DNA of 63,065 nt, filler included, from Thraustochytrium aureum (taxonomy: Eukaryota): the NCBI GenBank assembly GCA_012862495.1. It is 5 parts of 3 records of this genome, joined end to end, with 100 filler letters (N's around TTAATTAATTAA, not from the genome) between each part and the next. Parts side by side here need not be neighbours in the genome. Positions count along the whole stretch, not along the records: positions 7,443 to 17,575 come from BLSG01000125.1; positions 17,676 to 36,235 come from BLSG01000126.1; 3 more parts are not named here. One strand, given 5' to 3'. This document shows, piece by piece, positions 11,129 to 22,900 of the stretch. A model generated the notes under the pieces. The model was not told where the DNA came from and did no database searches. It saw only the letters and a list, made by a program, of their open reading frames with translations. The stretch's first letter is position 1. Each line of letters begins with the position of its first letter. Made by a program: the position numbers and the translations under genes.

Positions 11129-12333
11129 ATGGGAGGAGCTGGCGAGAATGACACCTTCAAGCAAAGGACGAGCGTCAACATCCGCACAAAGCCGCTGAAT
11201 GAGCTGGTCGCGTTCGTAGAGCGCACCGCGGCGCAGCTGCAGGACATCCTGCGGGCCAAGGGCGAATCAGGCACCTTGACGAAAAGGCGGAACGACGCCG
11301 TCACCCGCCGCGTCGCCGAACGGCGCGCCTCGCTCGTGCTCGCCGCCAAGGAAGAGCTCGAGTCGCGCAACAGGGCCTCGACCGCCTCGTCAGCGCAGAG
11401 CGCCTCCCGAAACAGCCGGGCAAGGAGCAGCTCGGCCCGAAGCAGGCGGCCCTCCCTGCTGCCAGCCCGCAACGAGGACATATGGAGCGTCATCGGCAAC
11501 TTTTTCAAGCGCCGCGGCAAGCAGAGGGAATCGCTCAAGCGGTCCGAGTCCTCTTACGATTTCCCCTTGACGACGTCCTCGTCCGAGGACGAGTTCGAAA
11601 GCGGCCTGCGAGGGCAGCCCAAGTACGCCACGCTCAGGCCGACGCGGAAAATCGACGGGCAGGGCCGCCTCGGGGCGGGCGAGCACTCTGGCAGTGTCCA
11701 GCTGACGGGCCCCATCTTCGTGCAGGGGGTGCGCATCAACAGCTGGCACAAGTGCTGGTTCAACCTGTGGCACACGGGCATCGAGCTGTACTCGACGCGG
11801 TCAGACTGCCGCGCTCAGACGAACGGGTTCCAAGACATTTACTTTCAGGACCTCGTCCTACCGACGGGAAAGGTAGTCGACGTCCTGCCCAAGGCGCACT
11901 GGGGACTAGAGAACCGGTACCCGTTCTGGCCTCAACACCGAGGCCGAGACGTTTGTGCTGGCGACAACCTCGCAAGAGCGGCTCAACGAGTACATCGAGG
12001 CGATCGACCTGGCGTACGCCGAGCACTTGGAGCGCCAGATCCGCAAGCGCGTGATGATGCAGATCACGTGGCAGCTCTCCGAGAACCCAGCCCAGTTCAT
12101 TCGCGCGCAGACCGACACGGAGAACGCCTCGACAGACCGGCCTCGGCGGAGCCGGGCCGGCCGCGAGAGCGCGCGCCGAGCGCCGCGCCAGAGCCAAGCC
12201 CGTCGCCAGAAAAAGGGCCACCAGCCGCTGCAGCCGCGCGAGGTGGACGACGAGAAGGCGCTCAGCGTGTTTGACGAAATGCTGGGCGCTCTGCAGGAGC
12301 GCTACCTGTGGAGATGAACAAGATCCGCGACCG
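11129..12333 (+). CDS. PH-domain protein; frameshift at ~11928 and probably ~12310; likely continues into gap
   Basis: GPIFVQGVRINSWHKCWFNL...IELY strand pattern. After a frame fix the C-terminal PH helix reads ETFVLATTSQERLNEYIEAIDLA. Confidence 0.7.
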
Positions 12334-13170
12334 NNNNNNNNNNNNNNNNNNNNNNNNNNNNNNNNNNNNNNNNNNNNNNNNNNNNNNNNNNNNNNNNNNN
12401 NNNNNNNNNNNNNNNNNNNNNNNNNNNNNNNNNNNNNNNNNNNNNNNNNNNNNNNNNNNNNNNNNNNNNNNNNNNNNNNNNNNNNNNNNNNNNNNNNNNN
12501 NNNNNNNNNNNNNNNNNNNNNNNNNNNNNNNNNNNNNNNNNNNNNNNNNNNNNNNNNNNNNNNNNNNNNNNNNNNNNNNNNNNNNNNNNNNNNNNNNNNN
12601 NNNNNNNNNNNNNNNNNNNNNNNNNNNNNNNNNNNNNNNNNNNNNNNNNNNNNNNNNNNNNNNNNNNNNNNNNNNNNNNNNNNNNNNNNNNNNNNNNNNN
12701 NNNNNNNNNNNNNNNNNNNNNNNNNNNNNNNNNNNNNNNNNNNNNNNNNNNNNNNNNNNNNNNNNNNNNNNNNNNNNNNNNNNNNNNNNNNNNNNNNNNN
12801 NNNNNNNNNNNNNNNNNNNNNNNNNNNNNNNNNNNNNNNNNNNNNNNNNNNNNNNNNNNNNNNNNNNNNNNNNNNNNNNNNNNNNNNNNNNNNNNNNNNN
12901 NNNNNNNNNNNNNNNNNNNNNNNNNNNNNNNNNNNNNNNNNNNNNNNNNNNNNNNNNNNNNNNNNNNNNNNNNNNNNNNNNNNNNNNNNNNNNNNNNNNN
13001 NNNNNNNNNNNNNNNNNNNNNNNNNNNNNNNNNNNNNNNNNNNNNNNNNNNNNNNNNNNNNNNNNNNNNNNNNNNNNNNNNNNNNNNNNNNNNNNNNNNN
13101 NNNNNNNNNNNNNNNNNNNNNNNNNNNNNNNNNNNNNNNNNNNNNNNNNNNNNNNNNNNNNNNNNNNNNN

Positions 13171-13979
13171 TCGTCCTTGGACCCGTCGTCAAAGTCAAAG
13201 ACTCGCAGGAGCAGCGGCGAGTCGAGGCTCCCCCGGGTCAGCTTGTCGAGCGGGATGCGCGCCTCCTTCCACTGGGGGCTGTTATTCTTCTTGACAAACT
13301 CGGACTTGTAGACGATGAGCCACTCCTCGCCGGCCTCGCGAAGCAGCACAAAGTAAGGGTCCGAGGCCCGGAGCCCGCCCCTGAAAGCGGCGCTCGAGGT
13401 TAGCAACCAAAAACAGAAACCCCGCACAGCAACAACGCCGGAAGGGGTCGAGCCAAAACGTACCAGTCCTTGCTGTCAAACTTGTGGCCGCGCATGAGCA
13501 GGCGCAGGTTGCCGCCCGACATGTCGGCGAGCTTTTTCCGGCGTGGACCTTGATGAAGCCGCGGTCTTTGTCCTTGCGCCCGTTCTTGCAGACTTTGATC
13601 ATCAGCGTCTGCCCGGGGCTGCCCATCAAGTTGCCCAGCTCGAACGCGACAACCCCTGGTGGTCGTGCGATCCGGACGAGTCTTCGTCCCACACGTTGAT
13701 CGTGACCACCTGCCTCAGCTCGAACACGTACCTGAGGTCAAAGGTCTTGGCCCAGGACCCGGACTGCTGGTTCTTGATGACCTCGGTGGTCCCATAGTTC
13801 TTCCCGCCCATCTCGAGCTGCGCGAACGGGTCTGACTTGCTCAGCAAGTCCTTCCTGGTCAGGTTGGCAAAGCTCAGGTACAGCGTGACCTCGCAGCCGA
13901 CCAGGTCCGGCCGCGACATTTGCTGCTTGATCGCTTGCAGCCTCGCGCCGCGGCCGCCGGCCCCGGCAAACTCTGCCAT
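13171..13979 (-). CDS. Copine (C2A-C2B; vWA domain not visible, presumably in gap); intron ~13382-13462; frameshifts at ~13655 and ~13535
   Basis: C2A: LSFANLTRKDLLSKSDPF, GTTEVIKN, YVFELRQ, VWDED. C2B: GHKFDSKDW/GGLRASDPYF, VYKSEFVKKNNSPQW, VFDFD. Intron GTACGT...GCTAAC...TTCAG. Confidence 0.88.
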
Positions 13980-15549
13980 CCTCCTCGACTGCTCTCCCGC
14001 CCTCCTCCGGCCTGTCTGCTCTGCGCGCAGTCGGCTGTTGCGGGTCTGCGCGACAGCGCGCTTTCTCGCTCTTTTCCCCTCCTCGGTGGTTTACAAGTAG
14101 AGTACAAAGATAGGTACTCTCAGGCTACCTGACCTTGTGCCTGACTGTCCGGCATCTCCGGCGGAGCGTTCGTTCGAAAGCCTCTGACCAGAGCGGCGTG
14201 CGTGGAAGCGCGCGTGGAAGCGTGCGCGCGTGCGTGCGTGCGAGTGTGCGTGCGTGGCCGTGGCTACCGCGAATGCCCTGCGCTGGACGCCGGCAACGCC
14301 TCGCGAGCGCATGGGCTTCAACTGTGCGACGAAGAGTCAGTCCTGCCAATCCATCAATCGTTCGTACGTCCTGATGAGGGCTTGTGCGACGCCCATGCGC
14401 GCTCGAACGCGGCGCGAGGATGCAAGCGCGGCGGCTGCAGCGCGGCGCTTGCTGGGTCGATGCTGCTTTCCGTTCCAACGTCCAAGACAAGAGACTTTCT
14501 TTCGCCAAGCGATCGGGGGCCGCGCCGCAGACCTGGTCAGGCCAAGCACATAGGTAGGCACGATGCCAGCGGGGCTGGGCCTCCAGCGACATGCGCCATG
14601 ATCGCCACCGCGCACCGGCAGGCCATCATGACGATCAGAACATTTTCAGCTGGGCCCTTGACAACATCAGACTCCTGAGGGTCAAGACACGACGAACAAC
14701 CGAATGAACGATGCCTCGCACTGGAGCCCGAATAACGGTTGGAAAACCGCCGCTGGGATGCCTGACGATCGATGATGATGATGATGATGATGTCCTCGCC
14801 GCTGCTCGCAAGAGCTCGTGGAGCATCCATCCGACTTGGCGCGCGGACAGACGGAGAGCTATTGCGCTTGCTTTGCTTGCTCGCTCTGTTGCTCGCTTTG
14901 TTGCTCGCTTGCTCTGATCAACTAACTGGTCGTTGCTCGACGCGCTCCGGCCTGGCGCAGCGGCCCTCTGCCCCGCTCGCTGTCACGGCAAAAGCCGCCC
15001 TGCTGTGAGGGAGCCAGCCAGCCAGCCAGCCAGCCAGCCACTTGTCATCTTGCACGCGCTTGTCGGGCGTTGCAGGCGCGGCTTGACATTCATCGTTCTC
15101 GCGCGTCCAGTCCCCGCGGCTGGCTGACCACGAGCGCAGCCGTGCGAAGCGAGCGCCTCGCTGCCGCTTGCTGCCCGTTGCTCGCCTGCCAGCTTGCGTG
15201 CTGCGTGCCTGCTGAGAGCGTGCGTGTTGGTCGTGTGTCTTCTTCAAGTTGAGAGTTGGCCGCGAGTTCATTCAGTTTCAGATACCAAACGCGCTCGAGT
15301 GTTGAGCACGAAGAGCAGCAGTTGAAGAAAGGAAAGTGCTCCGTCCAAGCGCGGCCGAACAGCTCTTGGGGAGGGCGGCCGAGTTGGCGCAGTGCGTGCG
15401 GAGCGCGCGTTTCAGGCGGCAGCGGAGCGAGCAGCGGAGCGCATCCCCAATTGCAACTCTGGTTTTTGAGATCTCCGAGTCTACAAGCCTGCGAGGAGCT
15501 CCAGGAGGCTGAGAAGGTCGCGAGCTGCGACGGAAAAGGCACAGCAAGG

Positions 15550-16613
15550 ATGGTACGTTTGCAGCTGGCTGAGGGCGCAAAGGGCTTTCGAGGGCGTTTC
15601 TGACCCTCTGCGCAAGGCCACCGCACAAGCGACGTCGAACGAAATCACCCTGCGCGGGTCTACCGACATCGTAACCGAGTTTTTCGGGTACAGCATCAAC
15701 AGCATCCTGTACCAGCGCGGGATCTACCCGCCCGAGACGTTCAAGCGCGTGAGCAAGTATGGCTAGCCATCCTCGTGACCGAGGACGAGTTCCTCCAGTC
15801 GTACCTGGCCAACGTGCTCCAGCAGCTCGAGGCGTGGCTCATGGACGGCACCGTCCAAAAGCTCGTGCTGGTGATCACTGGCTGCGAGACCAAGCAAGTT
15901 CTCGAGCGCTGGGTTTTCAACGTTCAGGCGGACCAAGCCATCGTGTCGTCCAAAGACCCGCAGGCGACTCACACAAAGTCGCAAAAGGAGATTATGAGCG
16001 AGATCCAGGCTATCATTCGCCAGATTACGGCGAGCGTCACNNNNNNNNNNNNNNNNNNNNNNNNNNNNNNNNNNNNNNNNNNNNNNNNNNNNNNNNNNNN
16101 NNNNNNNNNNNNNNNNNNNNNNNNNNNNNNNNNNNNNNNNNNNNNNNNNNNNNNNNNNNNNNNNNNNNNNNNNNNNNNNNNNNNNNNNNNNNNNNNNNNN
16201 NNNNNNNNNNNNNNNNNNNNNNNNNNNNNNNNNNNNNNNNNNNNNNNNNNNNNNNNNNNNNNNNNNNNNNNNNNNNNNNNNNNNNNNNNNNNNNNNNNNN
16301 NNNNNNNNNNNNNNNNNNNNNNNNNNNNNNNNNNNNNNNNNNNNNNNNNNNNNNNNNNNNNNNNNNNNNNNNNNNNNNNGCTATCATTCGCCAGATTACG
16401 GCGAGCGTCACGTTCCTGCCGCTCCTTCAGGAGGCCTGCACCTTTGACCTCCTGGTGCACACCGACCACGAGGCGCAGGTCCCGCAGTCCTGGGAAGAGT
16501 CGGACCCGCGGTACATCACGAACGCCACGGACGTCAAGCTGCGCAGCTTCACGACCAAGGTGCACAAGGTGGACGCCTGCGTCTCTTTCCGCAACAACGA
16601 CGACGACATCTAG
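15550..16613 (+). CDS. MAD2: Mitotic spindle checkpoint protein MAD2 (HORMA domain); intron 15553-15616; 1-nt deletion at ~15763
   Basis: ITLRGSTDIVTEFFGYSINSILYQRGIYPPETF, VLERWVF, EIQAIIRQITASVTFLP, FDLLVHTD, VPQSWEES, LRSFTT.VHKV. ATG is followed directly by GTACGT...CTGAC...AAG. Confidence 0.95.
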
Positions 16614-17575
16614 CCAACCACCTCGTTAGCGCCACGCCCCGACTTTTGGGCCGCGGGTGCCGCACCTGTAATGACCAAACCGTCTTCAACACGATCGACC
16701 GCCCCTGATGTTTGGGCCTGCTCTTGGGCGTGCATACCAACTCGCGCACGCTTGCTTGCTGGCCGGCTCTCAGTAGTGTCCGCCTCGACCTCCTCAGAGC
16801 GCCTGCCGTTGCCCGCTACGCCTCTGTCGACAAGGCCGGCAGGCTCGACAAGGCCAGCAGGCTCGGCAACCTTGCGAGACTCGGCAACCTTGCCAGCCTC
16901 GACGTCCTTGCCAGCCTCGACGCCCTTGCCAGCCTCGACGCCCTTGCCAGCCTCGACGCCCTTGCCTCGCGCGACGAGCCTGCCAAGCTCAGCCGAAGCC
17001 GTTCGAGAGCCGACCTCGTGCGCGAGAAACAAGCAGCACCACGCCAAATGCTCTGCGCTCATTCTCGGCGCTCGAACCTGCGCCACAGTGTCGAAGAGCT
17101 TGGTCGCCGACATGGACTGGTACGACTCGGAGGTCGTGCCGCCGAACAGCTTGGACACCGCTTCCAAGCTGGCCGTTTCCGCCTCAATGGAGGCCAGCAC
17201 GATGTTCTCGCACACGCCGCGACCAGCTTCGCGCAGCGCGCGGCGCTGCTCGGCGACCAAGGCCGCCCAGGACCGCGCTCCAGCGCTCGCCGAGTCGCCA
17301 GGTCCAGCCTCGCGCGAGTACGCCGCCGAAAGCCAGGAAGGCCGAGCCGGTTTGGCCCGCTCGAGCGCCTTGGCGGCCTCCACGAGCACGGCCGCTGCGT
17401 GCTTGCAGTACCCTGGGCGCGCGTCGGGGCAGCTGCAGAGGCAGAACGGCGCCAGGCAGGTCGGCGAGGGGAGCCATTGGATCGCGACGCGGTACTCGCT
17501 CGAGCCGCTCTGCACCGCAGCCACACAGTGCTGGCGCCAGGCGCACTCGAGGAGGAGCACGCCGCCGAGCCGCGC
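16610..17575 (-). CDS. SWIM zinc-finger protein, 5'-partial
   Basis: AAVQSGSSEYRVAI...CLCSCPDARPGYCKHAAAVL matches the SWIM pattern CxC-x(n)-CxH. Confidence 0.75.
   Translation of the reverse strand, partial: ARLGGVLLLECAWRQHCVAAVQSGSSEYRVAIQWLPSPTCLAPFCLCSCPDARPGYCKHAAAVLVEAAKALERAKPARPSWLSAAYSREAGPGDSASAGARSWAALVAEQRRALREAGRGVCENIVLASIEAETASLEAVSKLFGGTTSESYQSMSATKLFDTVAQVRAPRMSAEHLAWCCLFLAHEVGSRTASAELGRLVARGKGVEAGKGVEAGKGVEAGKDVEAGKVAESRKVAEPAGLVEPAGLVDRGVAGNGRRSEEVEADTTESRPASKRARVGMHAQEQAQTSGAVDRVEDGLVITGAAPAAQKSGRGANEVVG
16824..16966 (-). repeat. 18-bp coding tandem repeat (VEAGKG-type hexapeptide, ~8 degenerate copies)
   Basis: Unit cttgccagcctcgacgcc on the + strand; peptide VEAGKG VEAGKG VEAGKD VEAGKV AESRKV AEPAGL VEPAGL. 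Confidence 0.85.
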
Positions 17576-17675
17576 NNNNNNNNNNNNNNNNNNNNNNNNN
17601 NNNNNNNNNNNNNNNNNNNTTAATTAATTAANNNNNNNNNNNNNNNNNNNNNNNNNNNNNNNNNNNNNNNNNNNN
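17576..17675. other. Artificial scaffold spacer
   Basis: 44N-TTAATTAATTAA-44N. Confidence 0.97.
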
Positions 17676-19941
17676 AGGGAACCCCTATGCTCTCGTACAA
17701 GGAATCTGTCGAGCGCTGCGACGAGTTGGATTGTGACCGGTTGATCGCATTGAGGTCCGTCTCGGCATCGCCCTCGGCCTGCGCATTGTCGCCTGGCCCG
17801 CCTCCTGGCCGCGTCGTTCCGGGGCCCGCACCCGCATTCGAGTTTGACGACGAGGAAGATGACGAGGACGAACCGGCCGACGGGCGCTGCAAGCCTTTTC
17901 CTGGATTTCGCTGAGGAACTTGCCCGAGCTGGTCGCGCATTGCGGACGCGGAGGAAATCTTGCGCTCAAGCTCGCGCCGCAGCTCGCTCATGTTAAACTC
18001 GCGCGTACGCTGGAGGTCGATGCGCCTTAGCTCCGCGCGTTCCCCGCGAAACGCTTTGAGATGCTCGCAGGTTCGCGCCTCCTTCGCTTCGTTTGTCTGT
18101 AAACGCCACGCCGTGCAAGTGCACTCAAAAATGGGGCCTGCGCGACGCAAGATGTACTGACGGGGCATGCCGTTGGGGACAAACTTGTTGCCGCGCGTAT
18201 GGCCTTGGATCGTGACTTCGTCCCCATCAGCGAGCTCGCGCAGCGGCAGCGCCGCGGCGCTGGTTCCGGCCTCAAAGACTTCAAAGGCAGCTGTGGCACT
18301 TGAGGAATTTGTGCCAGAAGAGACTGACCGGGAAAGAGCAATACGTTCGCGGCCCGCGCCACTCGTCGGGGCACCGCTCACGGAGAATGATCGCGAGGAG
18401 GAGCTCCCTGCGCCACCCACCTGGCGCAGCTCCTCGAGCGCGCCGAGGAAAGCTCGTCTGTAGCCGATCTTCATGCCCCAAGCGGCCAGGTCCGACTCTT
18501 GGATGTGCCGCAGTCGAGAGAGAGCGTCGAACCCGTCCTCGCAGAGCTTGTCGAACCATTCGCTCATATCCAGGTCGGTGAGCCAGGCCCGCAGACGCTC
18601 TCGCTCGCGGATCTTGCGATCGCGCACGGACATGGCTGCCTCGCCTGGGGCTGCCTCGTTTCGGGGCGAAGCCGGCTCGGAGGGCTCTGCGGAGGACGGC
18701 GGCGACCGCTGCGCACCGTCCTCGGCGCCGGCGTCCGGCGCAGTCGCCTCGTCGAACAGTTTGGAGATTTGCGCGGAACCGAGGAGCAGCGCCAGCGCCG
18801 CGGCGGGCTCGCCACTCGCGTCAAGCTTGGACCGGTCGATGAAGGGCTTGTCCAAGAGCGCGCGAACCGTGTCCGCGTCCCCTGAGCGCACAGCGCGGTG
18901 AAGAACGTATTCGCCCGTCTTGCTGTTAACGAGGCCACGTTGGCCGGGCTGCCCCAGCAGCCACTCGAGCGCGGCGGCCCTGCCGCCCCCTGCGGCCTCG
19001 AGCGTCGCGTTCGACCCCGTCTTCGGGTTGTGGCTGTCGAGAATGTTAAAGTGGCGCGAGTGCCGTTTCGAGAGCGTCTGCATAGAGCGCACGTTTCCGA
19101 GGCGCGCCGCGTCCTGGAAACGCTTTGCGGCCTGCCGATTGTGCTTGCGGGCCTGGGTTTTCTTGGCCTTGAACTCGTCCAGGATCGTGGCATTCAGGTA
19201 GTTGCCCTCATGGCGAGCCACGGCGCCCGGGTCGCGGCCCTCCTTGTTGAGCGTGAAAGCCGCGAGGGCCTCCGCATCGGGCACCTCCTTCTCCTGTCTC
19301 TCCAAATACGCCAAGATCCACTCGATGCACGACCGCAAGTGCGATCGTGCCGCCTCGTGAAGGCACGTCTCGTTGTTCTTGTTCGTCTGCGTGAAGAACT
19401 CAAACGTTGCAAACTCTTGCGCAGCGGCCCAATTCAAAAACGTTATCCTGCTATTGCGCGCGGCAAGGTGAATGATTGTCTCGCCTCGCTCTGTCACCAC
19501 CCGGGGGTCCACGTCGCAGTGCTTTATCATCCACGTCAGTTCTTCGGCGAGGTCTTGGGCCGCGCAAATGTGCGCCGCTGACTCGCCGTTCTTGCCCCGG
19601 GCGTGGACGTCGCACCCGGCGCGACTGAGCTCACGGGCTGCCAGGACCTGGCCGTTGCGCAGGGCCACGTGAAAGGCGCGGTCGCCGCTCGAGGATTGAA
19701 GCTCCAGTCTGCTCCGGGGTCGTTTCTTCTTTTTCTTGGCGCTGCCCAGGGCCTCCTCCTGGCTCTGCTCGATCTCCTTGACTTGGTCAAGCAACGTGAC
19801 CAGCCCTTTCATGTCGCCACAGGCTGCGGCGAGGTGGAGAGGGCCCCAGCCGTTGGCCCCCTTGGGCGACCAGTTTGTCTCGAACTCCTCCTCGTAATAA
19901 AACATCTTGACAGCGCGTCCGCGCCAGCGCGGCGCGAGCCA
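17676..19941 (-). CDS. Ankyrin repeat - SAM - SWIM-type zinc finger protein; 3'-truncated at scaffold end, frame open into upstream gap
   Basis: Ankyrin repeats (GWGPLHLAAACG, GESAAHICA, GETIIHLAA, ETCLHEAAR, GEYVLHRAV). SAM domain LRAWLTDLDMSEWFDKLCEDGFD...DLAAWGMKIGYRRAFL. SWIM-type FECTCTAWR...RTCEHL. Confidence 0.85.
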
Positions 19942-20764
19942 NNNNNNNNNNNNNNNNNNNNNNNNNNNNNNNNNNNNNNNNNNNNNNNNNNNNNNNNNNN
20001 NNNNNNNNNNNNNNNNNNNNNNNNNNNNNNNNNNNNNNNNNNNNNNNNNNNNNNNNNNNNNNNNNNNNNNNNNNNNNNNNNNNNNNNNNNNNNNNNNNNN
20101 NNNNNNNNNNNNNNNNNNNNNNNNNNNNNNNNNNNNNNNNNNNNNNNNNNNNNNNNNNNNNNNNNNNNNNNNNNNNNNNNNNNNNNNNNNNNNNNNNNNN
20201 NNNNNNNNNNNNNNNNNNNNNNNNNNNNNNNNNNNNNNNNNNNNNNNNNNNNNNNNNNNNNNNNNNNNNNNNNNNNNNNNNNNNNNNNNNNNNNNNNNNN
20301 NNNNNNNNNNNNNNNNNNNNNNNNNNNNNNNNNNNNNNNNNNNNNNNNNNNNNNNNNNNNNNNNNNNNNNNNNNNNNNNNNNNNNNNNNNNNNNNNNNNN
20401 NNNNNNNNNNNNNNNNNNNNNNNNNNNNNNNNNNNNNNNNNNNNNNNNNNNNNNNNNNNNNNNNNNNNNNNNNNNNNNNNNNNNNNNNNNNNNNNNNNNN
20501 NNNNNNNNNNNNNNNNNNNNNNNNNNNNNNNNNNNNNNNNNNNNNNNNNNNNNNNNNNNNNNNNNNNNNNNNNNNNNNNNNNNNNNNNNNNNNNNNNNNN
20601 NNNNNNNNNNNNNNNNNNNNNNNNNNNNNNNNNNNNNNNNNNNNNNNNNNNNNNNNNNNNNNNNNNNNNNNNNNNNNNNNNNNNNNNNNNNNNNNNNNNN
20701 NNNNNNNNNNNNNNNNNNNNNNNNNNNNNNNNNNNNNNNNNNNNNNNNNNNNNNNNNNNNNNNN

Positions 20765-21685
20765 AGGCGTTGTGTGCGCCACCGTGCCGCTGCTGCGCTC
20801 AGATACAGGAAGCGTTTGCGCAGCGCAACGCCCCACGAACTCAGCTGGCGACCTTGACCGTTGTCGCGCTCCAGCGCTCATTTCCTGTTGTTGGTGGAAC
20901 AGGCGCGGTTGCGGGTTGTAGACCCCCGGACGAAAGTGGGCCGGTTTGGGCGGCTTTGGAGGTGGGCTCGAGGAATCTAGGGCTTCAGATTTACAAGCAG
21001 TTTTTTGCGACGCGAGTCGTGGCGGACCAGGCGGACCAACTGCTGACTGCTGCGGTTCAGAGCTCGCCGGGCAAGGCAGAGCCGGCGAGGACTCTTGCGT
21101 TGCGCCCGTGGCGCAAGGAGGCATAACGACTGATGCCATTGCGCCCCCATGCTGCGAGGAGGAGGCGGAGGAGGAGGACGCCCGGTCCTCGCCTGCGCCC
21201 GTCGCTGCTCGCGTAACCCGCGAGATGGCGTCGACCCACTCTTGTGCCTGTAGCGGTGTCGCAGCGCTGAAATGAAAGGTGTGAAAGCGCTCGCGCTGGT
21301 GGCGCACCGACTGCTCGAAAAAGTAGACCCAAATGCGCACGTCAAACTCGCAGCGCGTGGACGACGGAACGCGTGCGGAAACCACTTGGGCGATGGGGAT
21401 GAGCTGCGCCGGCGGCACGATCGCGCCATAGCCGTCAAGCTTGGCGTAGAACATGGCGCTCTGCCCCTCATCCACGCAGAGCACGCACTTGCGCCAACGC
21501 ACAAGACTGCTGCGCTTGCGCACTATGTCAAACTTGAGCGTCCTCCCAGGCGCAGCCTTGCCAAGCGCGGCCAGCAGCCGGTCCGGCGGAAGCGGTCCTG
21601 TGAACGCCTTCGCGCTTGGCCGCGCCGAGACCTGCTCGGCCTTGTGCCTTCGCCTGCTGCTCAGCAGCTTGGCCACGCCCTCCAT
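20765..21685 (-). CDS. PH-domain protein with Pro/Ser-rich linker; 3' end runs into gap (possibly the N-terminus of the ankyrin-SAM protein)
   Basis: VRKRSSLVRWRKCVLCVD...MFYAK...IPIAQV...TFHFSAATPLQAQEWVDAI is a typical PH pattern. No stop before the gap. Confidence 0.75.
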
Positions 21686-22900
21686 GGCTCCGCGCGCGAG
21701 CGAGCCTCGTCACGCTTTGCCGCACTCTCCCGTTGTGTGAACTCTGCCCCCCAGAACAGATGCATCCGTGAAACACGGTACTTTACCGTATACTATGGAA
21801 AGTTCCCAAGACTCGGTCTCCACAGCCAAGCCGGCCCTCACACCTTTTCGTGAGAGGGGAGCGTCCTTCCCTCCACAGCCGAACGGCAGTTCAGGTGAGC
21901 AGCCCTCTACACAGTTGCGAAACGCAGAAGCAAGAGGGAACCCGCATAGCTTTGTTTTGTACTCTACTCTCTATGCGGTGGTCGTTCTCTGCGGTCAATC
22001 AAGTTGGCGCTGGCGAGCAGAGTGGACTGGCACGAGCAGACCCACTCGCGGGCGAGTGGCAGAACGCCGAGGCCCACTGGCAGGCTCCAGCTAGGCTCTC
22101 TGGAGGAAGGCGAGCGCGAGCAGGCGCGGGGGCTCGGGGCGGCCAGCGCGTTGCCTCTGCCGCGGCCCGCACACGCGCGCGCGCGCGCAGGCAGAGACGC
22201 GCGCACGACGCGCGCACGANNNNNNNNNNNNNNNNNNNNNNNNNNNNNNNNNNNNNNNNNNNNNNNNNNNNNNNNNNNNNNNNNNNNNNNNNNNNNNNNN
22301 NNNNNNNNNNNNNNNNNNNNNNNNNNNNNNNNNNNNNNNNNNNNNNNNNNNNNNNNNNNNNNNNNNNNNNNNNNNNNNNNNNNNNNNNNNNNNNNNNNNN
22401 NNNNNNNNNNNNNNNNNNNNNNNNNNNNNNNNNNNNNNNNNNNNNNNNNNNNNNNNNNNNNNNNNNNNNNNNNNNNNNNNNNNNNNNNNNNNNNNNNNNN
22501 NNNNNNNNNNNNNNNNNNNNNNNNNNNNNNNNNNNNNNNNNNNNNNNNNNNNNNNNNNNNNNNNNNNNNNNNNNNNNNNNNNNNNNNNNNNNNNNNNNNN
22601 NNNNNNNNNNNNNNNNNNNNNNNNNNNNNNNNNNNNNNNNNNNNNNNNNNNNNNNNNNNNNNNNNNNNNNNNNNNNNNNNNNNNNNNNNNNNNNNNNNNN
22701 NNNNNNNNNNNNNNNNNNNNNNNNNNNNNNNNNNNNNNNNNNNNNNNNNNNNNNNNNNNNNNNNNNNNNNNNNNNNNNNNNNNNNNNNNNNNNNNNNNNN
22801 NNNNNNNNNNNNNNNNNNNNNNNNNNNNNNNNNNNNNNNNNNNNNNNNNNNNNNNNNNNNNNNNNNNNNNNNNNNNNNNNNNNNNNNNNNNNNNNNNNNN

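Noticed and set aside
15764..15766. In-frame TAG in MAD2 as stop-codon reassignment
   Set aside because: Homology continues in a different frame (GGC CTA GCC ATC), so it is a 1-nt deletion. TAG ends many other genes normally.
16009..16411. Internal duplication in MAD2
   Set aside because: The same 32 nt flank both sides of the N gap. This is an unmerged contig overlap, and merging it gives a normal MAD2.
15550..16613. HORMA protein as part of a CBASS-like defence system
   Set aside because: The sequence is canonical eukaryotic MAD2 with an intron, and there is no CD-NTase or TRIP13-like gene nearby.
16610..19941. Two adjacent SWIM-finger genes (plus HORMA protein MAD2) as a functional cluster or one gene
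   Set aside because: An artificial spacer (17576-17675) separates them, so the adjacency is not evidence.
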